Below are positions 28,600 to 37,201 of a stretch of DNA of 64,000 bases, piece after piece. The stretch is from positions 240,339 to 304,338 of the forward strand of contig CAVUWD010000014.1 in the NCBI GenBank assembly GCA_963745025.1. Reading direction: 5' to 3'. Position 1 is the first letter of the stretch. Each line of letters starts with the position of its first letter. Origin of the DNA: an uncultured delta proteobacterium (GTDB lineage: Bacteria; Desulfobacterota; Binatia; JACPRU01). The notes below the pieces were generated by a model, which worked only from the letters and a program-made list of their open reading frames with translations, was not told where the DNA came from and searched no databases. Both the position numbers and the translations under genes were made by a program.

Positions 28600-30069
28600 G
28601 GCTGTTCCTCTTCGGACCCAGTGGGAAGCCCCGTCAGTACCCCGCGAATGCTGGGGAAGCGCGGTCCGACCGCGATCCCGTCCGCTTCGAGGGTCATCCT
28701 GCGCACGTCGGTCGCGTGCCGCACGCCGCGCGCCTTCAGCACCGAGATGCCGCGCTCGAGGCGCCCTTCCACCTCCACGTACTTGAGCTGGATCACGTTG
28801 TCGGCGGCGAACGAGATCCCGTGGCCGGAGAGCTGGGCAGAGCCCAGCAGCTCGGCGATCTCCATGTTCATCTGGAGCGTGACGCCCCGGGCGCGGAAGT
28901 GTTTGGTGATGGCGTAGACGAGCTCCTTGAAACGCCGCTCGGAGGGAACGCCGAGCGCCATGCTCGTCAGGCTGTCGAGCACGGCGCGTCGCGCCCCGAG
29001 CTGCTCCACTTGCTGCCGCGCCCGATCGAGGAAGGTGTCGGTCGAGAGCTCGACGGGCGAGACGTAGCTCAAGGTGAGGAGCCCGCGCTCTCGAGCGGCG
29101 AGGAGATCCCACCCGAAGCCCTGGGCGATCCCGCGAAGCTGGTCCGGCGTCTCCTCCAGCGTGAAGTGGATTCCCGCCTCGCCGCGCCGCGCTCCCTCGA
29201 GGAGGAACTGCAGGCCGAGCGAGGGTCTTGCCCGTCCCCGTCCCGCCCTGGACGACGGTCGCGCTGGCGCGCGGCAGCCCGCCGCCGAGCATCGTCGTCG
29301 AGCCCGCCGATCCCGGTCGCGACGCGCTCGGCGGTCGAGACCTCCTCGATGGCGACGGCATCCGGGCTGCGCACCCGCGGGAAGAACGCGAGCCCGTCGG
29401 AGCCGATCTCGAAGAAGTGGCGGCCGGTGACGTAGCCCGCGCCGCGCAGCTTCAGGACCTCGACCTCGCGGACCGCGGTCAGCTCGTGACGCCGATTGGT
29501 GAAGCCGGATGATGCCGTCGGCGATCGCGAACTCGGCGCTCGGTCGAGATCTCCTCCTCCGTGTACTCGCCGACGAGGAGGCTCGTCGCGCCCCAGCTCG
29601 CCATGTGGACGGCGAGATCGTAGACGAACGTCCGCATCGCCGGAGCGTCGCCGAGGATGTCCCGGAGCGCCTTGAAGCTGTCGATGACGACGATCGCCGG
29701 CTCCTCGCGCTCCACGCGGCTCGCGATCTCGCTGAGCGTCGCCTCCGCGCCCTTGCGCCCGGATCACCGAGCCGAGGTCGGCGAAGACGACCTCGCTTCA
29801 TCGATCAGGCGCTCGTCGAAGAAGGAGAACTGCTGCATGTAGTCTGATGAGCTTCAGCGACGGCTCGGAGAGCGTCGTGAAGTAGAGGCCCTTCTTGCCC
29901 TGCCGCGCCAGGTGGAAGAGCATCTGGAGCGCGAAGATGGTCTTGCCCGCGCCAGGCTCTCCGGCGATCACGTTGACGGAGCGGAGCGGGAGCCCGCCGC
30001 CGAGGATGCGATCGAAGGCGGCGCTCCCCGTCGAGAGGCGCTCCGAGGCGTGGACGGCTCGACGCTCAT
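28596..30069 (-). CDS. Two-domain KaiC-like (RAD55/KaiC) ATPase, several apparent frameshifts
   Basis: STGSAAFDRILGGG..GEPGAGKT; IVVIDSFK; VLKLRG; second Walker A QGGTGTGKT; VLDSLT; GISFAADNVI; VLKARG. Spread over at least 5 frame segments. Confidence 0.9.
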
Positions 30070-30473
30070 GGCTGTTCCTCCTGCGCGAGAGATGACTCCC
30101 CGCTCTCGAAGCTCGGGGATTTGCTCGAGACGGCGGACGACGACGGACCCGGTCAACTCCACGAGCAGCGGCCAGAGCTCGGCGACCAGCTCGCGCAGCG
30201 CGAGCGGCGTGCGCCCCGGCCCCGTCCGCCCACGCAGATGGGACCATGTAACGGTATTCGAGTTTCTCGCGCACGATGGCGAGCTGCAGCGAGCTCCGCG
30301 CAACGGGGCGCCGCACGCTGCGCCGCGCGACGCACGAGCGTAGCCGTGGCGGCGGTGCCGAGGACGTCGGCAAGCGCATCCCAGATGAGCGTGAAAAGGG
30401 CGGCCACAGACGGCTCGGCGCCGGCAGCGGCACTGGTCGCTCGTTCGCTCCCGAGAACGCGTCTAGAACTCAT
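30066..30473 (-). CDS. Small helical protein upstream of the KaiC-like ATPase (frameshifted)
   Basis: MSSRRVLG..LFTLIWDALADVLGTAATATLVRRAA / LAIVREKLEYRY / LRELVAELWPLLVELTGSVVVRRLEQIPEL. Confidence 0.75.
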
Positions 30474-30562
30474 GTTTGTGCCCGGCGATCCCCACACTCT
30501 ATATCTATCTATATCTATCCAGACCTCGGTTTCACTTCACCCGATGACGGCGCGAGGTTATA

Positions 30563-30578
30563 TAGGGAGTTTCCCTGA
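30563..30578. promoter_or_regulatory. 16-bp box upstream of the KaiC operon
   Basis: TAGGGAGTTTCCCTGA; a weaker copy, TACGGGACTGTCCTAA, at 30651-30666. Confidence 0.75.
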
Positions 30579-30732
30579 TGACCTCGCGCCTTTGTGCAGG
30601 AAGCTGCTGGCGAGCAGTTCCGACTGACGTTGGCGCCGATTTTTCCTCTATACGGGACTGTCCTAATAGCGCTCGCGCACCACCTCGGCATTGCTGCGAC
30701 ATTGCTGATGCTCATCAAGAAGGTCACTTCCG

Positions 30733-30978
30733 ATGCAAGCCCGATTTGATATCGCTACTGTCCTGTGTTTCACGGCCGCCCTCTTGGCCGAGTGTGCGTT
30801 GGGGCTCCCAAAACCGGAAGATGGAGCGCTGGATGACAGGGCCTCGGGCACAGGCGCGGGAGCGGCCGTCGGGCAGGAAACCGGCCGCAGGCAGGAGAAT
30901 ATGGAGGGGCAGCCCGATGAGGTCCACTGGCTCGGGAGAGCAGCAGAGTTTCATGACTACGGGCGCTACTACAAGTAG
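30733..30978 (+). CDS. Small exported hypothetical protein
   Basis: Signal-peptide-like N-terminus; divergent from the KaiC operon. Confidence 0.45.
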   Translation: MQARFDIATVLCFTAALLAECALGLPKPEDGALDDRASGTGAGAAVGQETGRRQENMEGQPDEVHWLGRAAEFHDYGRYYK

Positions 30979-31171
30979 GCTTGCAGCGGTTCCGCGTCAG
31001 CCCAACCCGGGCGGGACCCATTGAACGCCGGGCTCAGCAGCACCGTGATCGCCAGCGGTGATAACAATTTCCGCTTCGGCGCTTGCGCCCCGCTCTGGAG
31101 ATCCCGAGGACTCTTCCAGGACCGCCGACATGACGGAAGCGCAGCTTTTCACGCACGGACGGAGCTCTTGC

Positions 31172-31426
31172 CTATCTCCAAAACGGCCACCAGGAACGGC
31201 TGTAGCTCCGGTCGCGAGCCTCCTGCTCTCTGTCCAGGCTTCGCTGCTCTTCCCGTTGATGAGCGGCGAGCTCGCGCTGCTCGTCGCTATCCCGGTTCCC
31301 GTAATAATCAGACGAACCGGACCAGTTAGAATGGCGACGCGGCATGTCACAGCCAAGAAGCGGCGTAAGCAGCAACCCGGCGAGGGGCAAAACGGCGAGA
31401 AACACAGGGCGTCTTCGACGATTCAT
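31172..31426 (-). CDS. Small hypothetical lipoprotein
   Basis: MNRRRR..LLLTPLLGC lipobox; AAGGAG RBS; box at 31501. Confidence 0.6.
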   Translation of the reverse strand: MNRRRRPVFLAVLPLAGLLLTPLLGCDMPRRHSNWSGSSDYYGNRDSDEQRELAAHQREEQRSLDREQEARDRSYSRSWWPFWR

Positions 31427-31500
31427 CTCAGGTTATCTCCTTGAGCCATTGATGCAGTTTGGCCACCCCTCATTAGCGCCGGAACGGCACACTAATACTA

Positions 31501-31516
31501 TGAGGGAATCCCCTGA
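31501..31516. promoter_or_regulatory. 16-bp box
   Basis: TGAGGGAATCCCCTGA preceded by CTA. Confidence 0.7.
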
Positions 31517-31544
31517 CAGGTGACCGTCAGTCCATCCTCCGACC

Positions 31545-31780
31545 CGGGCCAGGACGAAGGTCACAGTGATCTTGTTGTCCTTGTTCTTCAGGGAGGCCAC
31601 GGCGAAGTCACGGGGCAGGCCCATGAAAGTGCCGAACGCGCCCTTCCCCTGAACGAGCTCGAGGCCCGAGATCGTGAGCTTCCCGGGGGCCTTCAGCGGC
31701 TCCTTGCTCACGTCCGACTGCAGATCGAGGTCGAGCGTGCCCTCTGAACACGCGTCTCGTGGGCCTTGATGAGGATAACC
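31545..31780 (-). pseudogene. DUF748-like protein fragment
   Basis: EGTLDLDLQSDVSKEPLKAPGKLTISGLEL..GTFMGLPRDFAVASLKNKDNKITVTFVL. Confidence 0.5.
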
Positions 31781-31978
31781 CTTGGTGTCTTACGAGCGGG
31801 AATTCCTTCCCGAATTCAGGAAGCTATCCAGTGCCCCGTCGAAGTGACTCCCGAGTTTCTTAGTGAAGAGCCGACGCCTTGACCCTGGCACGCAAGGTGT
31901 GCTTTGCGTTCGTAGAAGAGGATCGACGCGCATTGGGGGGCGCCAACTAATACCGGAAGCAGCTTCGCAGGAGGCCCT

Positions 31979-32125
31979 ATGTCAACTCTGCTATTGATTC
32001 TGATCTTGCTTTTGCTGTTCGGCGGTGGCGGCGGTTATTACGCCTATGGACCGCGTGGTGGAATCGGAATCGGCGGAATTGTCCTCATTATCCTGATCGT
32101 GCTGCTCCTCACAGGGCGTTTGTAG
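31979..32125 (+). CDS. DUF3309 small membrane protein (48 aa, not in the ORF track)
   Basis: MSTLLLILILLLLFGGGGGYYAYGPRGGIGIGGIVLIILIVLLLTGRL*; AGGAGG RBS. Confidence 0.85.
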   Translation: MSTLLLILILLLLFGGGGGYYAYGPRGGIGIGGIVLIILIVLLLTGRL

Positions 32126-32448
32126 ATACGGCGCTTCGGCCGCGGTCGAATCTGCGTGTGGAGCTTTCACCTCCGGCACCAAGGGACAGGGTTCAAACCG
32201 CGCTGAAGCGGTTCGGCGCCTTGGGGGGTGAAGCCGTTGTGGTCCTCCTCCAGCGTGCGAGGTGAGCAGGATGTTCAGCGATGTTTGATCGGCCGGCGCC
32301 AAAACATCTGGCGCGTCACCTTCCGCCACTTGGCGTCCTGGTTTCACCTTGCCGAATGACCGAGAGGTCGACGGCCTGAGCGAGATGGCTTTTCCCGGTG
32401 CCGGGTGGACCGAGGAAGAGAGCGTCTTATCGGGCGGAAGGAGACGAG

Positions 32449-32667
32449 ATGAACGCAGTCAAGATCGCGGCAATCGTGCTGATCGTGGCCGGCATCCTCG
32501 GGCTGGTGTATGGCAAGTTCAGCTACACCAAGGAGACCCACGAGGCCAAGCTGGGCCCGATCGAGCTCTCGGTGAAGGATAAGGAAACGGTCAACGTCCC
32601 GGTCTGGGCTGGCGTCGGGGCGATCCTTGTCGGCGGGCTGCTGCTTTTCGTGCCCAGCAAGAGCTAG
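32449..32667 (+). CDS. Small 2-TM membrane protein (DUF3185-like)
   Basis: MNAVKIAAIVLIVAGILGLVYGKFSYTKETHEAKLGPIELSVKDKETVNVPVWAG; paralog of 44173-44395. Confidence 0.85.
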   Translation: MNAVKIAAIVLIVAGILGLVYGKFSYTKETHEAKLGPIELSVKDKETVNVPVWAGVGAILVGGLLLFVPSKS

Positions 32668-32759
32668 CTGCTGCATCAGGGCGCCTGCCCCTCGTTGCGG
32701 CGGACTCGCTCCGATCACCGCTCAGCTCGAACGTTGGGCGCACTCCTCGTTTCCTGATC

Positions 32760-33233
32760 ATGCCGCAAACGCCGCACGTTCTCGGACAGACACGACTTGC
32801 CTTCGACCCGCCAGGCGCACAACCTAGGGAAGTGGCCCGCACGAAACAACTCGCTCCCCGTCGCACCAAGCAGGCCACGGAGCGCGCCTCGGTCGATGAG
32901 CCGCCGGTGGTCGCGCGACTCGTGGTCGAGATCCGCTCGGACGGCAGCCGCACGATCGCGCGCGGCGCACTCGAGGACGGGCAGCTCGGCGAGCGCACCT
33001 CGCTCAAGGTCGAGGGCGCGACGCCGTTTCAGCTCGCCCTCTCGCTGGTGAAAGCGCTCTTCCAAGCGCCGGCGTTCGCCCGCTCGGTGGCGCGGGCGCT
33101 GCTGGCCGAACGCACGAAGGACGCGACGAGCGATGATGAAGCGCAGGTGCATGCAGCGGCTCCGGGGCCCGGCGCAGCACGCCAGCGCGTCCCGAGATCA
33201 GGCCGACCCCCCACCTCCGGTACCACACCGTGA
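32760..33233 (+). CDS. Hypothetical protein
   Basis: EPPVVARLVVEIRSDGSRTIARGALED core with coding-like codon bias; start uncertain. Confidence 0.5.
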   Translation: MPQTPHVLGQTRLAFDPPGAQPREVARTKQLAPRRTKQATERASVDEPPVVARLVVEIRSDGSRTIARGALEDGQLGERTSLKVEGATPFQLALSLVKALFQAPAFARSVARALLAERTKDATSDDEAQVHAAAPGPGAARQRVPRSGRPPTSGTTP

Positions 33234-33499
33234 ACACCGCGCACGCCAGCTGCCAGGCGATCGGCAACCCATATTCATCGATGCGCTTGAAGTTTCCATC
33301 CCCTTTGATGCAATGGTGGATTCCGATGCCGCGTTCAGCGATCCGGTTAATCCGTCGCGCTGGAGGGGGAGACTGAGCGCCGACTCCCTCCATCGGTCCG
33401 ATGCTGGGGCGAAGGTTCTTGCCGATGCGATTGATCTCTCGCTGTTTCAGTCGGATGCAGCAGGTCCTCGACTTGGTCCACTGCCGCCCGGAGCGACCA

Positions 33500-33925
33500 A
33501 TGAGAAGAACACAGGGACCGTTCGCGCTTCTCATCATCGTTTCTCTGACCTCGCCTCTGCTCTCCTGCCGCAGCGCTCCACCGCCCGCGCCGCCGCCACC
33601 CCAGGTCGCCGTGCCCGAACCCAAGGGGCAGCTCTTCCACGCAACGGCGTATTCGATGGCAGGTAAGACCGCATCAGGCAGCCGTACGCGCCAGGGAATC
33701 GTCGCCGCCGACCCCGCCGTCTTGCCGCTCGGCACTCGCGTGCGCATAGAAGGCGCGGGTCAGTACGATGGAGAGTACGTCGTCACCGACACGGGTGGGA
33801 AGATCGACGGGCGCGAGATCGACATCTATGTCCCGAACGACGAGGAAGCGAAGCGCTTCGGCAACAAGACGGTACGTGTCGAGGTGCTGCAGAAGGGCGA
33901 CGGGCGGCGCTCGTCGGCCAATTGA
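33500..33925 (+). CDS. 3D-domain (MltA-like) lipoprotein
   Basis: ATAYS..GKTASG..GIVAADPAVLPLGTRV..VTDTGGKIDGREIDIY. Confidence 0.9.
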   Translation: MRRTQGPFALLIIVSLTSPLLSCRSAPPPAPPPPQVAVPEPKGQLFHATAYSMAGKTASGSRTRQGIVAADPAVLPLGTRVRIEGAGQYDGEYVVTDTGGKIDGREIDIYVPNDEEAKRFGNKTVRVEVLQKGDGRRSSAN

Positions 33926-34003
33926 GGTGAGGTCATGCGCTCTCTGAGCCCGCCAACCCTGGGTAATCGATTCGGCGGGGCGGCCCATGCCGCCGGTCCC
34001 GAT

Positions 34004-34882
34004 CTAAAGTGACTCCACCACCCCGAGCACGGCGGCGTCCGGCACGGCTGGCGTCTGGACTGCGGGAGTAGTCGGGTGCTGTACCTCGACGGTATAGAAG
34101 CGGATGAGTTCCGTGGTGACCTCGGGGCCGCCAAGGAAGGTCGGTCCCTCGTGCTTGAGCAGCCGGTAGGGCGGCATCGCCTGGAAATAGAGCGTGTTCT
34201 TGGGAACGACCGGCTGGATGATGTGCAGGAGGAAGTGCGGCCAGTTCGGCAGTATCGTCGCGACGTCGACCTGTGCGGTGACCTTGAGCGCGGAGAAATT
34301 GCCAGCCGATACGCGTATCCGCTCGGTGCCCTTGGCGCAGACGTCCTGGCCAACATAGCTGTACGGCGTAATCTGCTGATTCAGCGTGCCGCCGGCGCCT
34401 TCATGCGGCGCATCGAGAACGCGTAGAAACGCCACCCAGGGAACCGCATCAGGATACAGGTCAAGCGGCAGATTGCGCGCCCCGGCCAGCCGCGGCGATG
34501 CCGCATCGTTGCGCCAGAACCTGCTCTGCAGCGCGCGGCCGCCGTCGTACAGTGCCCATTGGAACATCGCGCACCCCGGTCGATGATTGGAAAATAGCCA
34601 GAAGGCGACTTCATACTGATGGCTGGGCAGGGTGGTCACCTCGATATGGATCGTGTCGTCACCGACCATTTCGTTCCACGACTTGATCTGCTTCAGTACC
34701 TGGCCAGTCTGGTTCTCCGTCTGCCGGGTTTCGTCTACCTCGACGCCGGACGGCGGAGTGATCATGTCACGGCTGGATTGCTCGCGGAACATCGCGCCGT
34801 CTAGGAGGCCGCGCGACACGAGCCACGCCTCGGTCGCGCCGGCCGTCGTGCTCGGCGCGGGCTCCGACTCCGGCAGACTCAC
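34004..34882 (-). CDS. Hypothetical protein (DUF3108-like motif), translationally coupled to the PPTase
   Basis: ERIRVSAGNFSALKV motif; GTGA overlap at 34879-34882. Confidence 0.6.
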   Translation of the reverse strand: MSLPESEPAPSTTAGATEAWLVSRGLLDGAMFREQSSRDMITPPSGVEVDETRQTENQTGQVLKQIKSWNEMVGDDTIHIEVTTLPSHQYEVAFWLFSNHRPGCAMFQWALYDGGRALQSRFWRNDAASPRLAGARNLPLDLYPDAVPWVAFLRVLDAPHEGAGGTLNQQITPYSYVGQDVCAKGTERIRVSAGNFSALKVTAQVDVATILPNWPHFLLHIIQPVVPKNTLYFQAMPPYRLLKHEGPTFLGGPEVTTELIRFYTVEVQHPTTPAVQTPAVPDAAVLGVVESL

Positions 34883-35640
34883 TCACTACTCCCGAGTGGT
34901 CCTGGCCATTGCCAACACGATAGAGACCAGCCGCGTCCCTCGACCGCAAGAGCGGCCGCGTAGCCGGAGGCAAGGCTCAGCTCCTTTAGAGACCAACGAA
35001 GGGCTTCGGCTGAATCTGGTTGGGTCCTCAGCAACGCTGCTGGTTCTCCGGGAATCAGCGAGACGTCGAACTGGTCCAAGGGCAATGATAGTCCTTGGCC
35101 TCTGGCCTTGATGTAGGCTTCTTTGCGAGTCCAACCGAGAAAGAAGGCGTATTTCTGAACGTTTGTTGGAAGCGCCCGGAGTGTTACGGTCTCCGAATGC
35201 GAGAAAAATCTCTCGGCGATCTGCTCTACTTCTAAATCGCAGCGGATGAGCTCAAGGTCGACGCCAACCTCGCGACCCCGAGTGATTGCATAGATAGACA
35301 CGCCGTTGGAGTGGGACATGTTGAAGCTGAGCGCATCTCCGGCATGTTCCCAGGCCAACGCGGGCTTTCCATGAGAGCCGTAGCGGAAGGCCAGGCATTC
35401 CGGTGCTCTGTTCAAGTAGAGGCCGAGGATGGCCCTGAGTACTCCGTGAGCCGTGATAAAGCGCTCGCGGTCTCTCCGAAAGTAGAACCGCTCGGCCCTC
35501 GCTCGCTCATCTGCCGCAAGGGTATGTAGAAAGCTATCCATCTGCCACGCGGGCTCGTCCAGAGAGGCTCGCCAGACATGTACTTCGTCACTACCTAATA
35601 CTATCGTCGCCGGTGGACAGCTCCACAGTGGACGAGTCAT
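34879..35640 (-). CDS. Sfp/HetI-type 4'-phosphopantetheinyl transferase
   Basis: FRYGSHGKP, FNMSHS, VGVDLE, WTRKEAYIKARGQGL. Confidence 0.95.
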   Translation of the reverse strand: MTRPLWSCPPATIVLGSDEVHVWRASLDEPAWQMDSFLHTLAADERARAERFYFRRDRERFITAHGVLRAILGLYLNRAPECLAFRYGSHGKPALAWEHAGDALSFNMSHSNGVSIYAITRGREVGVDLELIRCDLEVEQIAERFFSHSETVTLRALPTNVQKYAFFLGWTRKEAYIKARGQGLSLPLDQFDVSLIPGEPAALLRTQPDSAEALRWSLKELSLASGYAAALAVEGRGWSLSCWQWPGPLGSSE

Positions 35641-36389
35641 TGCAGTTCCTCTGAGAGTACCCGAAGGAGAAGCGGCTGGTTCAAGAAGAAATGGTCGCCG
35701 GGAAACATCTGCAGCGAGAAAGAACCATTCGTCTGAGTCCGCCAGGCGTCAAGCTCGCGATCGTTCACTCTGTGATCCTGCAAACCGCCAAACGCGGAGA
35801 TGGGGCAGTTCAGGGGCGGCTCGCTCGAGTACACGTAAGTTTCGTACACCGCAAAATCTGCCCGCAAGAGAGGAAGCATGATCTCCATCAATTCTTGGTG
35901 GTCCAGGAGCTCGCTGGGCGTGCCGTTCAGCCGGCGCAGCTCCGCCACAAATTCTTTTTCTGGCAGGGTATGGATCGGCGGACCTCGATGGGGGACCTGA
36001 GGCGCACGACCGGCAGATACAAATAGGTGAATAGGATGCACGCCATATTGTCTGCGGACCCGGCGGGCGAGCTCAAAGCTGACCAATGCTCCAAGGCTGT
36101 GGCCGAAAAAGGCAAAAGGCCTGTCCAGGAGTGGAACTAGGGCTTGGGCGAGGGCTTCGACGAGAGGCGAGAGTCGAGTGAAAGGACGCTCCATCAGCCG
36201 GGTTCCCCGTCCCGGGAGTTGAACCGGGCAGACCTCTACATCCGCTGGCAAGCCGTCCGACCAGGTGCGAAAAATCAAAGCGCCGGCCCCCGCGTACGGG
36301 AAACAAAACAGGCGAAGACGGGCCTCCGGGCCAGGCTTGCGGAATGAAATCCAGGAGTCGAATGCAGCGGCGGTTGCTGACCGATTCAT
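35637..36389 (-). CDS. Type II thioesterase
   Basis: LFCFPYAGAG, QLPGRG, FFGHSLGA, FPGDHFF. Confidence 0.95.
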   Translation of the reverse strand: MNRSATAAAFDSWISFRKPGPEARLRLFCFPYAGAGALIFRTWSDGLPADVEVCPVQLPGRGTRLMERPFTRLSPLVEALAQALVPLLDRPFAFFGHSLGALVSFELARRVRRQYGVHPIHLFVSAGRAPQVPHRGPPIHTLPEKEFVAELRRLNGTPSELLDHQELMEIMLPLLRADFAVYETYVYSSEPPLNCPISAFGGLQDHRVNDRELDAWRTQTNGSFSLQMFPGDHFFLNQPLLLRVLSEELQ

Positions 36390-36422
36390 TTGGATCTGCC
36401 GGCACGAGGTGGAGCATACAAG

Positions 36423-36662
36423 TCAGCTCTTTGATGAACGGTTTTGCTTTTCCAGCTGCTCCATTTTCCTTCTCAGGCTGAGTGGTCTCATGTCGGTCCA
36501 CGCTTCTTTAATGTACGCCAGGCATTCGGTCTTAGAACCGGTCTTGCCCGTATCCGTCCAACCAAGAGGGTTTTCCTTTTCGGCAGGCCAGAGGGAGTAC
36601 TGCTCTTCATGATTTACGACGACTTTGTAGGTCGTCGTATCTTCCTTGCCGTCCCAGTTCAT
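36423..36662 (-). CDS. mbtH: MbtH-like protein
   Basis: [35 protein letters not shown]. Confidence 0.96.
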   Translation of the reverse strand: MNWDGKEDTTTYKVVVNHEEQYSLWPAEKENPLGWTDTGKTGSKTECLAYIKEAWTDMRPLSLRRKMEQLEKQNRSSKS

Positions 36663-36880
36663 TCAAGCGTCCTTCATCAACCCGGTCGACGGATTGACTC
36701 CATCGGCGAACCATTCTTCAGTCGCTCGCACCTGATCGAGGCAAGCCTGTAGCTTCTCAGCCAAGACTACGACGTGAGGCTTGTAAACCATCGTTGCGTG
36801 ATTACCCGGAACGACGTGGACGTCCGCTCCTCCAGCAGCCCACTCACTCCAGCCCAAGGTCGGGTCGGACGAGGTTCCCG
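36663..36880 (-). pseudogene. NRPS/PKS terminal thioesterase-domain remnant
   Basis: DPTLGWSEWAAGGADVHVVPGNHATMVYKPHVVVLAEKLQACL; the upstream megasynthase is absent. Confidence 0.8.
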
Positions 36881-36975
36881 CTTCGGGTCGCGCTCGCTCG
36901 GTCGCCGGCAGAGCGCGCCCAGCCGCAGCGGACTCTCCCGAGGCTTCGCACCATCGCAAACCACAGAAACTCCTA

Positions 36976-36991
36976 TAAGAGAAATCCCCTA
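36976..36991. promoter_or_regulatory. 16-bp box at the NRPS truncation point
   Basis: TAAGAGAAATCCCCTA preceded by CTA. Confidence 0.6.
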
Positions 36992-37201
36992 GGCGCCACA
37001 AGCGGCCGCGGAGCGAGTGCGCGAGACGTTGATCCTGAATGGGCGGGATGATCGTGCGTTCCGTTCTCCTGCGGACTCGAAGGGAGAATCCGCTGATGGA
37101 TGACGCCGAGCTCCAGCGTAGGGGAGACCGGAGACCTGCTGACGTGAAGCTGCGCGGAGAGCAACGAGCACAAGGCGGCGGCCGGTGGCGCTCCTCGAGC
37201 T

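Noticed and set aside
26929-29361. 810-aa KaiC-kinase fusion ORF in the track
   Set aside because: The N-terminal extension is out-of-frame kaiC sequence produced by frameshifts. The kinase starts at GTG 28599.
28596-30069. True circadian clock (kaiABC)
   Set aside because: No kaiA or kaiB in the window, and only one of the two canonical phosphosites is present.
30497-30520. CTATAT/CTAT simple repeat upstream of the KaiC operon
   Set aside because: Short low-complexity expansion, absent from the duplicated promoter copy, with no evidence of function.
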